DNA of 64,000 nt, from positions 31,516 through 95,515 of the forward strand of contig CALKUH010000038.1 in the NCBI GenBank assembly GCA_937996795.1, written 5' to 3'. Positions 35,800-45,969 of this stretch are shown one piece after another; positions within the stretch are counted from its first letter, which is position 1, and the number at the start of each line of letters is the position of its first letter. A model generated the notes under the pieces. It made no database searches. It had not been told where the DNA came from and saw only the letters and a list, made by a program, of their open reading frames with translations. Origin of the DNA: an uncultured Verrucomicrobiota bacterium. Lineage in GTDB: Bacteria > Verrucomicrobiota > Kiritimatiellia > CAIVKH01. The translations under genes and the position numbers were made by a program.

Positions 35800-36879
35800 T
35801 CAACCCCCGAGCTGTTTCTGCAGCTTCAACTCCACGTCGCGCTGGTAGAGCGCGGTGACGAGGGCATCCATTTCGCCCTGGATCACGCGGTCCAGGTTGT
35901 ACAGCGTCAGGTTGATCCGGTGGTCGGTGACGCGGTTTTGCGGGAAATTGTAGGTGCGGATGCGCTCGCTGCGGTCGCCGGAGCCGACCTGCGTCTTGCG
36001 GTCGCTCGCCTGCTTCGCCTGTTCGTCGCTGCGGATCTTGTCGAGCAACCGCGCGGCCAGCACCTTCATCGCGCGATCCTTGTTCTTGTGCTGCGACCGC
36101 TCGTCCTGGCACTGCACCACCACGCCGGTCGGCAGGTGCGTGATGCGCACCGCGGACTCGGTCTTGTTGACCTTCTGCCCGCCCGCGCCCGACGCGCGAT
36201 AGAGGTCGATGCGGATCTCCTCCGGCTTGATGATGACCTCGTCGGTCTCCTCCGCCTCCGGCAGCACCGCCACCGTCGCCGCCGACGTGTGGATGCGCCC
36301 CTGCGCCTCGGTCTCCGGCACCCGCTGCACGCGGTGCCCGCCGCTCTCGTAGCGCAGCACGCGATACACGTTTTCGCCCTCGACGCTGAACACGATTTCC
36401 TTGTAGCCGCCGAGCTCCGACGGGCTCGCGTCGATCACGCCCACCTTCCAGCCTCGCGCATCCGCGAACCGCGAATACATGCGATACAAATCGCCCGCAA
36501 ACAGCGCCGCCTCGTCACCGCCCGTGCCCGCGCGGATTTCGACGATGGTGTTGCGGCTGTCATCCGGGTCCGGCGGCAGCAGCGCGATTTTCAGCGCCTG
36601 CTCGGCGGCGGGCATCTCCGCGTCGATCCGCGCGAGCTCGGCCTTCGCCATCTCGCGCAAGTCGGCGTCATCCCCCTCCGCCATCGCCTTCGCCTCGTCG
36701 CGTTCGCGCACCAAGCGGAAGTACGCGTCCGCCTTCTCGCGCATGCCGCGCAGGCTCAGATGCTCCGCCACCAGCGCGCGGTACTTCTTCTGGTTCGCCC
36801 CCGTCGCCGGGTCGCCCAGCTCCGCCTCAATCACCGAAAGGCGCGCGGTGAGCTTGTCGATGTAGGCGGGATCCAGCAT
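35800..36879 (-). CDS. prfA: Peptide chain release factor 1.
   Basis: GGQ motif ([21 protein letters not shown]) and a PxT-region. Confidence 0.9.
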   Translation of the reverse strand: MLDPAYIDKLTARLSVIEAELGDPATGANQKKYRALVAEHLSLRGMREKADAYFRLVRERDEAKAMAEGDDADLREMAKAELARIDAEMPAAEQALKIALLPPDPDDSRNTIVEIRAGTGGDEAALFAGDLYRMYSRFADARGWKVGVIDASPSELGGYKEIVFSVEGENVYRVLRYESGGHRVQRVPETEAQGRIHTSAATVAVLPEAEETDEVIIKPEEIRIDLYRASGAGGQKVNKTESAVRITHLPTGVVVQCQDERSQHKNKDRAMKVLAARLLDKIRSDEQAKQASDRKTQVGSGDRSERIRTYNFPQNRVTDHRINLTLYNLDRVIQGEMDALVTALYQRDVELKLQKQLGG

Positions 36880-37009
36880 GGGTCAGGTGTGCAACGTCTG
36901 TTCCGCCGGAGGCGGACCCGCCTCTGGCGGGAAAAACTTTCAAGGTCTGTAAAAACTTTTCGGGGCGCTTGCAACGCCTGTAATTTACAGACGCTGCAAA
37001 ACGCCCGCC

Positions 37010-37065
37010 CGGAAAAGAAAACGGGCCGGCGGTTTCCGTGGAAGGAAAACGGCCGGCCCGGTTTC
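37010..37065 (-). terminator. Putative intrinsic terminator downstream of rpmE (minus strand).
   Basis: The minus-strand RNA reads gggccggccg–loop–cgccggccc, followed by GUUUUCUUUUCC. Confidence 0.5.
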
Positions 37066-37072
37066 GGAGAAT

Positions 37073-37282
37073 CTACTTCGCGGCGGGCTTGGCGTACTTG
37101 CGCTGGAAGCGCTGGACGCGGCCTTCCGTGTCGAGCATCTTGGCCGAACCGGTGTAGAACGGGTGGCAGCGCGAGCAGGTGTTGACGTGCATCTCTTTGC
37201 GCGTGGAACGCGTTTTGACCACGGCGCCACAGGCGCAACGGATCACGGCGTCCACATATTCCGGATGGATATCAGCTTTCAT
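37073..37282 (-). CDS. rpmE: 50S ribosomal protein L31.
   Basis: MKADIHPEY… with the C..C…C..C zinc ribbon. Confidence 0.85.
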   Translation of the reverse strand: MKADIHPEYVDAVIRCACGAVVKTRSTRKEMHVNTCSRCHPFYTGSAKMLDTEGRVQRFQRKYAKPAAK

Positions 37283-37502
37283 GTACAGTCCCCCGCGGCC
37301 CGTTCGGGGGCCGACGTGAAGGGCAGAAGGTATCACCCCGCCGCCGTTTGGCAAGCCCCTTTCGCCGGGACATTCCCCGGTTTTCGTTTTCCCCCGTCGG
37401 CCCCGCGGCGCCGGCGATCCGCAGAAGGTGCGCGAAGCGGATTCTCTTTTGACTCAGGCTTTCCCCGATGCCACATTCCGTCCGTAAAGTGCGCGGAAGG
37501 AC

Positions 37503-40500
37503 ATGGGCATGACGATCCCGATTGGTCAACAATTTTACGCCAAACCACCTTCTCCCTGTTCCAGCTTCTCCCGCCGGGTGCTGGCAGGGCTTTTTTTGTG
37601 GTCCCTGGCAACCCTCACCTCGTTCGGTGGGGTGGTGATCTCCGGCGGCGGGCTGGCGCTCGTGGAGGAGGGTGGAGGTTTTGCGGAAGGAAATATGGCG
37701 ACCAACGGAACCGCGTTCGCGAAGGATACGATCGGCGCGGGACCGCACACCATCGCCGGCGTGAACGACGGTTTGTACGGAAACAGCAGCAGTTGGATTG
37801 GCGGCACCGCGAACAGTTTCGTGGGCATCCGTTTCGGCGCGATCCCGATGCCGTTGTACAAAGTGGCGTTCGGACGCGACAACCTCAGCAACTTTACCGA
37901 TCGCGTCTTCGGCCTCTACACCCTTCAGTACACCACGGTCGCCGATCCGGACGAGTCGACGCCGGACGCGGCATGGAACACCATCGGCACGCTGGATTAC
38001 CAATCGGCCGGCGGGACCAACTTCGCCAACCCGATCCTGCGGCACGCCTTCACCTTCCGCGAGGTGCTGGCCACCGGCTTCCGCATCAAGACCGACAGCG
38101 CAACCGACCACATCGCCATCGATGAAATCGAACTCTACCGCCCCGGCATCACCGTGTCCGGAGGCGTGCGGCTGGCGGCCGAAGGCGGTTCGTTCCATTC
38201 CAACAACCTGGCCGCCAGCGGTGTGGCGTTCGCCAAGGATGAGCTTGGCTCGCCGCCCCATTCGATCGGCGCCGTGAACGACGGCGCGTACGGCAACACC
38301 AACAGCTGGATCGCGGGCAGCACGAATTCATGGATCGGCATCAGCCTCGGCACCTCGCCGGTGACCGTGGCCCGGATCGCCTTCGGCCGCGACAACACCG
38401 GCATCTTCGCCGACCGCGTGTTCGCCACCTACACCCTGCAAGTCACAACGGTCGCCGATCCGGATGAAACCACCCCCGACGCCGCGTGGACCACCATCGG
38501 TGCGATGCAGTACACCCGGCCGGGCGGTATGCTGTTCAACGCTCCCGCCCTCCGCCACGAATTCGCCTTCGCCCCGGTTCCGGCCACCGGCATACGCCTG
38601 CGCATCGACGGCGCGGCCGACATCGACAACATCGTCGCCATCGACGAGCTGGAAGTCTACGGTCCGCCCCTCCTCCGCCTCGAGCATCCGCCCGGACGCA
38701 CCCACGCCATGAAAACGAAGGTGTCGGTGTGGGGCGAAGACGGTGCCGGCCAAACCACCGTCCCGACCAACACCGTCGGCGCCGTGTCGGTCGTGGCCGC
38801 GCCCGGCCGGATCGCAGTGTTGACGCCGACCCGCTCGTTCACCGGCTGGGGTTCGACCTACCCGACGCTGAACACGGACCCCGCGGGCCGCTCGGGCCTC
38901 CGGCAAATCGCGTCCGGCTGGTTCCACAACCTCCTGCTGACGAGCAACGGGAGCATCGCCGCCTGGGCGCATACCAACGCGTTCGGCGAGGGCGATGTTC
39001 CGCCCGCCTTCACGAACGGCAACGTCCAGGCGGTGGCCGCCGGGTTCCGGTATTCGGTGGCGCTGACCGGGGCGGGTAGCGTAGTCGCCTGGGGCGACAA
39101 CAGCGCCGGCCAGACCAACGTACCGCCGGGCCTGACCAACGTGCAGGCCATCGCCGCCGGGTACGCGCACGTCGTCGCGCTGGCGAACGATGGAACCGTC
39201 ACCGCCTGGGGCCTGAACGATGCGGGCCAGACCAACGTGCCGCCGGGCTTGAGGGGCGTGAAAGCCATCGCCGCCGGGGATCACCACACGCTCGCGCTCA
39301 CCACCAACGGCACCGTCGTGGCGTGGGGCGGGAACGCGCACGGGCAGTCCACCGTGCCGCCGGGCCTGTTCGGCGTGCAGGCGATTTCGGCGGGATCGCT
39401 GCACAGCGTGGCGTTGCTCGATGACGGCCGCCTGGTATTCTGGGGCACCAACGCCCTCGGACAAATGACCGTCCCGGATCGCATCAACCTCGTCCGCACG
39501 GTGTCCGCGGCAAGCCAGGTCACCGCGGCGATCTATTCCGAACACGTCCCGATGGCGTTCGGCCCCGTCCCGTCCGGAAGCGTAACCTCGAAACTCTTCA
39601 CCGTGTACAACGACGGAACCGGCCCGCTGGCCATCACGCACATCGACCTCCGCGATTTCGATGCGGAGGTGTTCGCGCTGGACACCGGCGCCACCGCCAC
39701 CGTGATTCAGCCCGGCGGCAGCACCACCCTGACCGTGACGTTTGCGCCGACGAACACGGCCGCCGTGGAAAGCACCTTGTACCTCGAGACCGATGACCCG
39801 GACCGGCCCGTGTTCGCCTTCGCCGTGAACGGGAACCAGCCGGACCCGATCCCGCCGCTCATCACCACCCCCGGCAACCTGGCCGTGCCCACCACCAACC
39901 TTTCCGGGACGGTGGTCACCTACGACGTGCTGGTCGAGGACAATGCCGATCTGGATCCGCAGGTGACCATCACGCCACCAAGCGGCAGCCTATTCCCGCT
40001 CGGCATGACAACGGTGGTGGTACGCGCGGTCGACTTTTCCGGCAATACCTCCACCGCCTCGTTCGTGGTCAATGTGACCCTGCCGACGCCGGTGCTAATC
40101 GAGACCGGCGGCAGCTTCGCGACCAACAACCTGGCGTCCGGTGCGACGGCGTTCGCCCAGGACCAGGCCTTCTTTCCCACCCACAGCATCGCGGCGGTGA
40201 ACGACGGCGTGTACGGCAACGCCAGCAGTTGGATCGGGGTCAGCCCTGCCAACTTCATCGGCATCAACCTCGGCGCCACGCCCGTCGCGGTGGAACAAAT
40301 CGCCTTTGGCCGCGACAACAACGGGAACTTCGGCGACCGCGTGCAAGGCGTCTATACCGTCCAGTTCACCACCACGCCGAATCCCGACGCGGCCACGCCG
40401 GCGTCCGCCTGGACCAGCTTCGGATCGATCGTGTACCCGGGCGCAAGCCCTTTGCCGGCACGGCGCAACCGCTACGCCTTCCAGCGGGTTGAAGCCACCG

Positions 40501-43500
40501 GCATCCGGCTCCTGACGCAAACCGATTCGCTGCCGGTGGCCATCGACGAAATCGAACTCTACGACTACAACCCCATCCCTTTCATCGTCATCGAACAACC
40601 GGCGGGCAACGCGCTGGTTTCCGGCGTTTCCACCATCAATTTCGGCACGCGCGAAGCCGGGACGTCCGGCCCGACGAACACCTACACCGTGCGCAACGCC
40701 GGCGGGGTGCTCCTGAACATCACGAACATAGCGACCATCGGTTCCAACGCGACGGACTTCATCGTGACCCCCGCAAGCGGCTGGCCGAGCCTGCCGACGA
40801 ATTCGAGCACGACCTTCCACGTCGTCTTTCAACCCTCCGGCGTCGGCCCCCGCAGCGCCACCCTCCGCGTGCAAAACAGCTCCAGCAACGAACCGGTGTT
40901 CGACATCCACCTCACCGGCATCAGCGCGGACACCACACCCCCGGTGATCAACATCCCTTCCAACCAGTTCGTGTACATCACGGAAGGCACCGGCTCGGTG
41001 GCGACCTTCACCCTGCCCAGCGCCACCGACAACTCCAGCCTCCCGCCGACGGTCTCGACCGAACCGGAGAGCGGCTCGTTCTTCCCGCTCGGCACGAACA
41101 CCGTGACCATCACCGCCACCGACAGCGTGAACAACAGCGCAACCGGGACGTTCGCCATCATCGTCCGGCCGCGTGCACGGATCGCGGTGGAGGCCCCGGC
41201 GGGATCGGCGCTCACCGGCGCACCGCCGTCCTACGCCTTTGGCTCCCTGCTCGTGGGCGCGACCACGTCGCAGACCTTCGCCCTGGTCAACGACGGACTG
41301 GCCGCGCTCGCGATCTCCGGCGCCAGCGTCATCGGCGCCCATCCCGCGGAGTTCGTGCTGGAAACCTCCGGCCTGTCGCCGTCGATCGGCATCGGCGGCA
41401 CCAGCCATTTCGCGGTGACCTTCGCACCGCTGGCCCATGGCGCACGCACCGCCACCGTGCGCCTCGTCACCGACGATCCGGTGACCCCGTTCCTGGATGT
41501 GCACCTGGCCGGCGACGGCCTGGACATCACGCCCCCCGTCATCACGCCGCCGGCCGCCTTCTCCGTGGTCGCGGGCTCGCCCACCGGCGGCGTGCGCGTG
41601 TTCTATCCGCCGATCGCGGTGACGGATGACGCGATCAGCGCCGTCGACGTGGTCGTGGATCCGGCGAACGCCAGCCTCCTGCCCCCCGGCACGAACCTCG
41701 TGACCGTCACCGCCACGGATCCCGGGAGCAACACCTCCACCGCCACGTTCGAGGTCGTGGTCGTGCCGGCCGTCTATCCGCCGGAGATCCCGGTCGGCGG
41801 ATCCGTTCCCTTCAACCTGGCGCTGGGAAGAACGGCGTTCGCCAAGGATTTCCTCGGTGCTCCGCACCTCATCCCGACGCTGAACGATGGCGTGTACGGG
41901 AACGCGAACGGCTGGATCGGCAACTCGCCGAACAGTTTCGTCGGCATCAACCTCGGCGCGACACCGGTGGAGGTCAACCGGGTCGCCTTCGGCCGCGACC
42001 ACAAGGGTTCGTTCATCGATCGCACGATCGGCACCTACACCCTGCAATACACCACGACCGCCAACCCCGACGCCGCCACCCTCGACTGGCACACCATCGG
42101 CGCGGTCACCTACACCGCCGATTTCACCAACCGCGCCCGCCGCAACGTCTATGCCTTCCCACCGGTGATGGCGACCGGTATTCGCCTCCTCACCGCGGCC
42201 GGCGAATTCCCGCTCGGCATCGACGAACTGGAAATCCACGGCCTGCCCGGCGCGATGTCGCTGGAACAACCGGCCGGGGCCGCGCTGACCTCCGGCATAT
42301 CCGTCGTCACTTTTGATCCGCGCGACCTCGCCACCGCCAGCGCGCCGAAAACCTTCACCCTCCGCAACCCCGGCCCCGGCGCGATGCGCATCACCCGCGT
42401 GGCGGTCACCAACGATCAGGTCGGCGAGTTCATCCTCGCTCCGACCAACCTGTTCACCACCCTGGCCGCCGGGGCCACCACGACCTTCCAGGTGGTCTTC
42501 CAACCCGTGGCGCTCGGGCCCCGGCAAACCACCCTGCGCGTGACCGCCGACAACACCCAACTCGCGGTCATGGAGGTGGCCCTCGCCGGAACCGGCGTCG
42601 ATGTATCCGGCCCGGTCATCGTGCCCCCCGCCAACATCATCCGGTATATAGCAGACACCGAAACCAACGTCGTGGTGACCTACCCGCCCGCCGTGGCCAC
42701 CGACAATTCGGGGCTCGCTCCCGTCGTGACCTATTCGCATCCCAGCGGCAGCGCGTTCCCGGTGGGCAGCAACGTCGTCACCATCACCGCGGTGGACGCC
42801 TCCAGCAACACCTCGACCGCCACCTTTGTCGTGGACGTCCGGTATTCGCCGACGCTCACGCCGGAGATCCCGGAAGGTTCCCCGTTCGTGCTGGACAACA
42901 CCGTCCAGGTGTGGGGCGCACTGCCCGGCGGGGTGGCGCCGCCCGCCAACCTGTCGAACGCGACCGCGGTATCGATCGGCAACCAGCACGGCTTGATCCT
43001 GCTGGGCGATGGAACAGTCACGGCGTGGGGCAACGACGAATTCGGCCAGAGCACGGTTCCCGGCGGCTTGTCCAACGTCGTCGCTATATCGGCAGGGTCC
43101 TGGCACTCGCTGGCGCTGAAGGCGGACGGCACGGTCGCCGGCTGGGGCACCCACGATACATCCCTGCCAGTGGCCCCACCGATCACGATTCCGCCCGGCC
43201 TGACCGGTGTCGTGCAGGTCAGCGGCGGCTTTTATATGTCCGCCGCGCGTTTCACCGACGGGACGATTACCGTCTGGGGCGAAAACGACGCCGGGCAACT
43301 GGATGTCCCGCCCGGGTTGACCAACGTTGTGGACATCAGTTGCGCGAGCGAACACTGCCTGGCCCTGCTCGCGAACGGCACCGTCGTCGCCTGGGGTGAT
43401 AACAGCGAAGGCAAGGCCACCGTTCCCTCCGGCTTGTCCAACGCGGTTCAGGTCAGTGCGGGCGCAAGTTTTTCCGTGGCGCTGCGCTCCGACGGATCCG

Positions 43501-45176
43501 CACTGAGCTGGGGGCAAAACAGCGGGAATGCATTCGGCGCCCTGACGGTCGCGACGAACCTCGTGGAGGTCCGGGCCGGCGCCGCACACATCAGCGCCCG
43601 TCGCGCCGATGGCACCATCGTGGTCTACGGGCCCGCCGAATCGCCTCAGGTGACCGGCGCGGCGGCCGTTGAGGATGCCCTCTCGCTTGGCAGTTGGATG
43701 TTGGACTCTGTGGCCGCGGTGGTGAAGGATTGGCCGTCCCTTGACTTCGGCGCGGTCCCGGTGGGCGAACGCGTCACCAACACCGTGGTGGTGCGCAACA
43801 CCGGCCTGGGTTCGTTGAGCCTGACCAACCTCGTGCTGGTCGGCGCGGACGCCGGCCAGTTCCAGGTGGACGCTTCCGCCGGCGCGATGCCCGTCGCCAG
43901 CGGCGATGCGACTATGCTGTCGATCATCTTCACACCCGCCGGACCGGCCGGCGCGCGGGCGGCGACCCTGCGACTGTTCAGCAACGACCAGCAGGTCCCT
44001 CTCTGGAAACTGCGGCTCAGCGCCCAGGCCACGGACGACGAGCCGCCGGTGTTCACCTCCACGAACGCGATCATTGCCTACGCCAGCGAAACCGGCGGCG
44101 TGCGGGTGCTGATCCGGCCACCGGCCACCGATAACAGCGGGGTTCCGCCCTCGGTGATCGCAACGCCCTTGAGCGGAAGCTTGTTCCCGCTCGGCACCAA
44201 CCCTGTCACGGTGGTCGCCACCGACGAGTCCGGCAACGCCGCCACCTCCTCGCTCCAGGTGATCGTGCGGTTTACCGACACGCTGCCGGCGGTCGGGCCG
44301 TCCGATCCGGTGCCGCCCAACCTCGCGCGCAACCAACCGGCCTTTGCTCTGAACGTCACCTTTTTCCTGCCGCACAGCATTCCCGCGCTCAACGACGGGA
44401 TGTATGGCAACGACAGCAGTTGGATCGGGCTGACACCGAACAGTTTCGCCGGCATCAACCTCGGCGCCACGCCGGTCTTGCTCGACCGCATCGCCTTTGG
44501 CCGCGACAATACCGGCATCCAACTCACCCGCGCCCAGGGAACCTACACGGTGCAGGTCACGACGGTGCCGAACCCCGACACGAGCACGCCCGATAGCGCG
44601 TGGCAGACCATCGGGGTCATCGAGAATCCCGGACAGGTGGATCATCCGTCCCGCCGCAATCTCATCGCGTTTGCTCCGGTCCACGCCACCGGGGTTCGCT
44701 TGAACGTCGCGAGCGCGAGCGCAGAAATTGCCATCGATGAAATCGAACTGTACGGTCCGCCGGCGCCGTTCGCGGCTTGGCGGGCGGCCCACTTCACACC
44801 GGGCGAACAGCTCGACGGCGCGATCAGCGGCCCGCTCGCCGATCCCGGCCAATCCGGCGTGGCGAATCTCTACCGCTACGCCACCGGGCTTGACCGGGAG
44901 GACGATCCGAAACCCGCGTTGCCCCGGCTACAGGGTCTCCAGTTCATCTACCGGCGCCTGCTCGATCCGGAGTCCGGCGTCGACTATTTCGTCGAGATCT
45001 CCACGAACCTGCCGAACGCCGCCGCCTGGCGCGAAATTGAAAGCGCCGACGGCATCACCGAGGCCAGTGCGACTCCCAATCCTGACGGCATCACCGAAGA
45101 CGTCCGCATGAGCATCCCGCCCGGAACGGTCAATCCGATCCTGAATCTTCGATTGAAGGTGTCGCAGGAGGAGTAG
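37503..45176 (+). CDS. Giant (2557 aa) secreted/surface modular protein. It contains 5 discoidin/galactose-binding-like modules, 5 ASH-like (choice-of-anchor-D) domains, 5 HYR domains and 2 RCC1 beta-propellers.
   Basis: The ~160-aa module NDG.YGN.SSWIG…GI.LG..PV…IAFGRDN.G…YT.Q.TT…PD..TPD.AW.TIG…ATG.RL…IAIDEIELY occurs 5 times. RCC1 repeats (GQTNVPPGL…VAWG) occur in two blocks (~38.7-39.5 kb and ~42.9-43.65 kb). HYR and ASH domains alternate. Confidence 0.75.
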   Translation: MGMTIPIGQQFYAKPPSPCSSFSRRVLAGLFLWSLATLTSFGGVVISGGGLALVEEGGGFAEGNMATNGTAFAKDTIGAGPHTIAGVNDGLYGNSSSWIGGTANSFVGIRFGAIPMPLYKVAFGRDNLSNFTDRVFGLYTLQYTTVADPDESTPDAAWNTIGTLDYQSAGGTNFANPILRHAFTFREVLATGFRIKTDSATDHIAIDEIELYRPGITVSGGVRLAAEGGSFHSNNLAASGVAFAKDELGSPPHSIGAVNDGAYGNTNSWIAGSTNSWIGISLGTSPVTVARIAFGRDNTGIFADRVFATYTLQVTTVADPDETTPDAAWTTIGAMQYTRPGGMLFNAPALRHEFAFAPVPATGIRLRIDGAADIDNIVAIDELEVYGPPLLRLEHPPGRTHAMKTKVSVWGEDGAGQTTVPTNTVGAVSVVAAPGRIAVLTPTRSFTGWGSTYPTLNTDPAGRSGLRQIASGWFHNLLLTSNGSIAAWAHTNAFGEGDVPPAFTNGNVQAVAAGFRYSVALTGAGSVVAWGDNSAGQTNVPPGLTNVQAIAAGYAHVVALANDGTVTAWGLNDAGQTNVPPGLRGVKAIAAGDHHTLALTTNGTVVAWGGNAHGQSTVPPGLFGVQAISAGSLHSVALLDDGRLVFWGTNALGQMTVPDRINLVRTVSAASQVTAAIYSEHVPMAFGPVPSGSVTSKLFTVYNDGTGPLAITHIDLRDFDAEVFALDTGATATVIQPGGSTTLTVTFAPTNTAAVESTLYLETDDPDRPVFAFAVNGNQPDPIPPLITTPGNLAVPTTNLSGTVVTYDVLVEDNADLDPQVTITPPSGSLFPLGMTTVVVRAVDFSGNTSTASFVVNVTLPTPVLIETGGSFATNNLASGATAFAQDQAFFPTHSIAAVNDGVYGNASSWIGVSPANFIGINLGATPVAVEQIAFGRDNNGNFGDRVQGVYTVQFTTTPNPDAATPASAWTSFGSIVYPGASPLPARRNRYAFQRVEATGIRLLTQTDSLPVAIDEIELYDYNPIPFIVIEQPAGNALVSGVSTINFGTREAGTSGPTNTYTVRNAGGVLLNITNIATIGSNATDFIVTPASGWPSLPTNSSTTFHVVFQPSGVGPRSATLRVQNSSSNEPVFDIHLTGISADTTPPVINIPSNQFVYITEGTGSVATFTLPSATDNSSLPPTVSTEPESGSFFPLGTNTVTITATDSVNNSATGTFAIIVRPRARIAVEAPAGSALTGAPPSYAFGSLLVGATTSQTFALVNDGLAALAISGASVIGAHPAEFVLETSGLSPSIGIGGTSHFAVTFAPLAHGARTATVRLVTDDPVTPFLDVHLAGDGLDITPPVITPPAAFSVVAGSPTGGVRVFYPPIAVTDDAISAVDVVVDPANASLLPPGTNLVTVTATDPGSNTSTATFEVVVVPAVYPPEIPVGGSVPFNLALGRTAFAKDFLGAPHLIPTLNDGVYGNANGWIGNSPNSFVGINLGATPVEVNRVAFGRDHKGSFIDRTIGTYTLQYTTTANPDAATLDWHTIGAVTYTADFTNRARRNVYAFPPVMATGIRLLTAAGEFPLGIDELEIHGLPGAMSLEQPAGAALTSGISVVTFDPRDLATASAPKTFTLRNPGPGAMRITRVAVTNDQVGEFILAPTNLFTTLAAGATTTFQVVFQPVALGPRQTTLRVTADNTQLAVMEVALAGTGVDVSGPVIVPPANIIRYIADTETNVVVTYPPAVATDNSGLAPVVTYSHPSGSAFPVGSNVVTITAVDASSNTSTATFVVDVRYSPTLTPEIPEGSPFVLDNTVQVWGALPGGVAPPANLSNATAVSIGNQHGLILLGDGTVTAWGNDEFGQSTVPGGLSNVVAISAGSWHSLALKADGTVAGWGTHDTSLPVAPPITIPPGLTGVVQVSGGFYMSAARFTDGTITVWGENDAGQLDVPPGLTNVVDISCASEHCLALLANGTVVAWGDNSEGKATVPSGLSNAVQVSAGASFSVALRSDGSALSWGQNSGNAFGALTVATNLVEVRAGAAHISARRADGTIVVYGPAESPQVTGAAAVEDALSLGSWMLDSVAAVVKDWPSLDFGAVPVGERVTNTVVVRNTGLGSLSLTNLVLVGADAGQFQVDASAGAMPVASGDATMLSIIFTPAGPAGARAATLRLFSNDQQVPLWKLRLSAQATDDEPPVFTSTNAIIAYASETGGVRVLIRPPATDNSGVPPSVIATPLSGSLFPLGTNPVTVVATDESGNAATSSLQVIVRFTDTLPAVGPSDPVPPNLARNQPAFALNVTFFLPHSIPALNDGMYGNDSSWIGLTPNSFAGINLGATPVLLDRIAFGRDNTGIQLTRAQGTYTVQVTTVPNPDTSTPDSAWQTIGVIENPGQVDHPSRRNLIAFAPVHATGVRLNVASASAEIAIDEIELYGPPAPFAAWRAAHFTPGEQLDGAISGPLADPGQSGVANLYRYATGLDREDDPKPALPRLQGLQFIYRRLLDPESGVDYFVEISTNLPNAAAWREIESADGITEASATPNPDGITEDVRMSIPPGTVNPILNLRLKVSQEE

Positions 45177-45343
45177 CTCGCTGGAGTCCGATTTGGCCCC
45201 GTTGACCGACGCGGGAGGGAGACCTCAATCCCCGCGTGTCCACCAAACCGGAGCAATCCCACACAAACCGTAGCGGCGCACTTTCCCCTCCCCCCGGAGG
45301 AGCGGGTTTGCTAGGGTGCCGCCCATTCAAGGAGGAGTGTGTC

Positions 45344-45730
45344 ATGGAAGAATATGAAGCGGGTATGAGTGGTGGGGCGGCGGCGGGCATCGGGGCCGGC
45401 ATGATGATCGTCTGGCTGGCGGTGATCGTGCTGATGATCGCGTCGATGTGGAAGATCTTCACCAAGGCCGGGCAGCCGGGCTGGGCGAGCATCATTCCGA
45501 TCTACAACCTCATCGTGCTGCTCCAGGTCGCGGGCAAGCCGTTGTGGTACATCGTGCTGTTCTTCATCCCGATCGCGAACCTCGTGGCGTTGATCCTGAT
45601 CAACGTGGGTCTCGCGAAGAGCTTCGGCAAGGGCGGCGGATTCGCGGCGGGCCTGATCCTGCTGCCGATCATCTTCCTGCCGATCCTCGGCTTCGGCAGC
45701 GCGCAGTACACCAAGCCGGTCACGGCCTGA
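45344..45730 (+). CDS. DUF5684-family small membrane protein (128 aa).
   Basis: Good RBS (aaggagg) 8 nt upstream. 3-4 TM helices. IPIYNLIVLLQVAGKPLWY motif. Confidence 0.55.
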   Translation: MEEYEAGMSGGAAAGIGAGMMIVWLAVIVLMIASMWKIFTKAGQPGWASIIPIYNLIVLLQVAGKPLWYIVLFFIPIANLVALILINVGLAKSFGKGGGFAAGLILLPIIFLPILGFGSAQYTKPVTA

Positions 45731-45969
45731 TCGCAAGCCGAAAGCGCACACGTACACGTTCTCGTTCGCGTGCACGAAGCATCGCGAACGGGAACGTGAG
45801 ACGTGAACGGGTGGGAATCAAGAAAACCCCGCGAAACCGCTTGCAACCGCGGGGGGGTGCCGGTAGCTTTGCGCCATGTTTTCGCTGCAACTGACTTTGT
45901 CCGCGCGCCGCCCGGCGACCGTTTGATGGTCCGCCCGATCATGCCTGCGCGCCTTTCCCCCCTCTCCGT

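Noticed and set aside
45731-45969. T-box riboswitch in the thrS leader.
   Set aside because: No match to the T-box consensus (AATTAGGGTGGNACCGCG), and no specifier-loop or antiterminator arrangement that I can see. Only generic hairpins are present.
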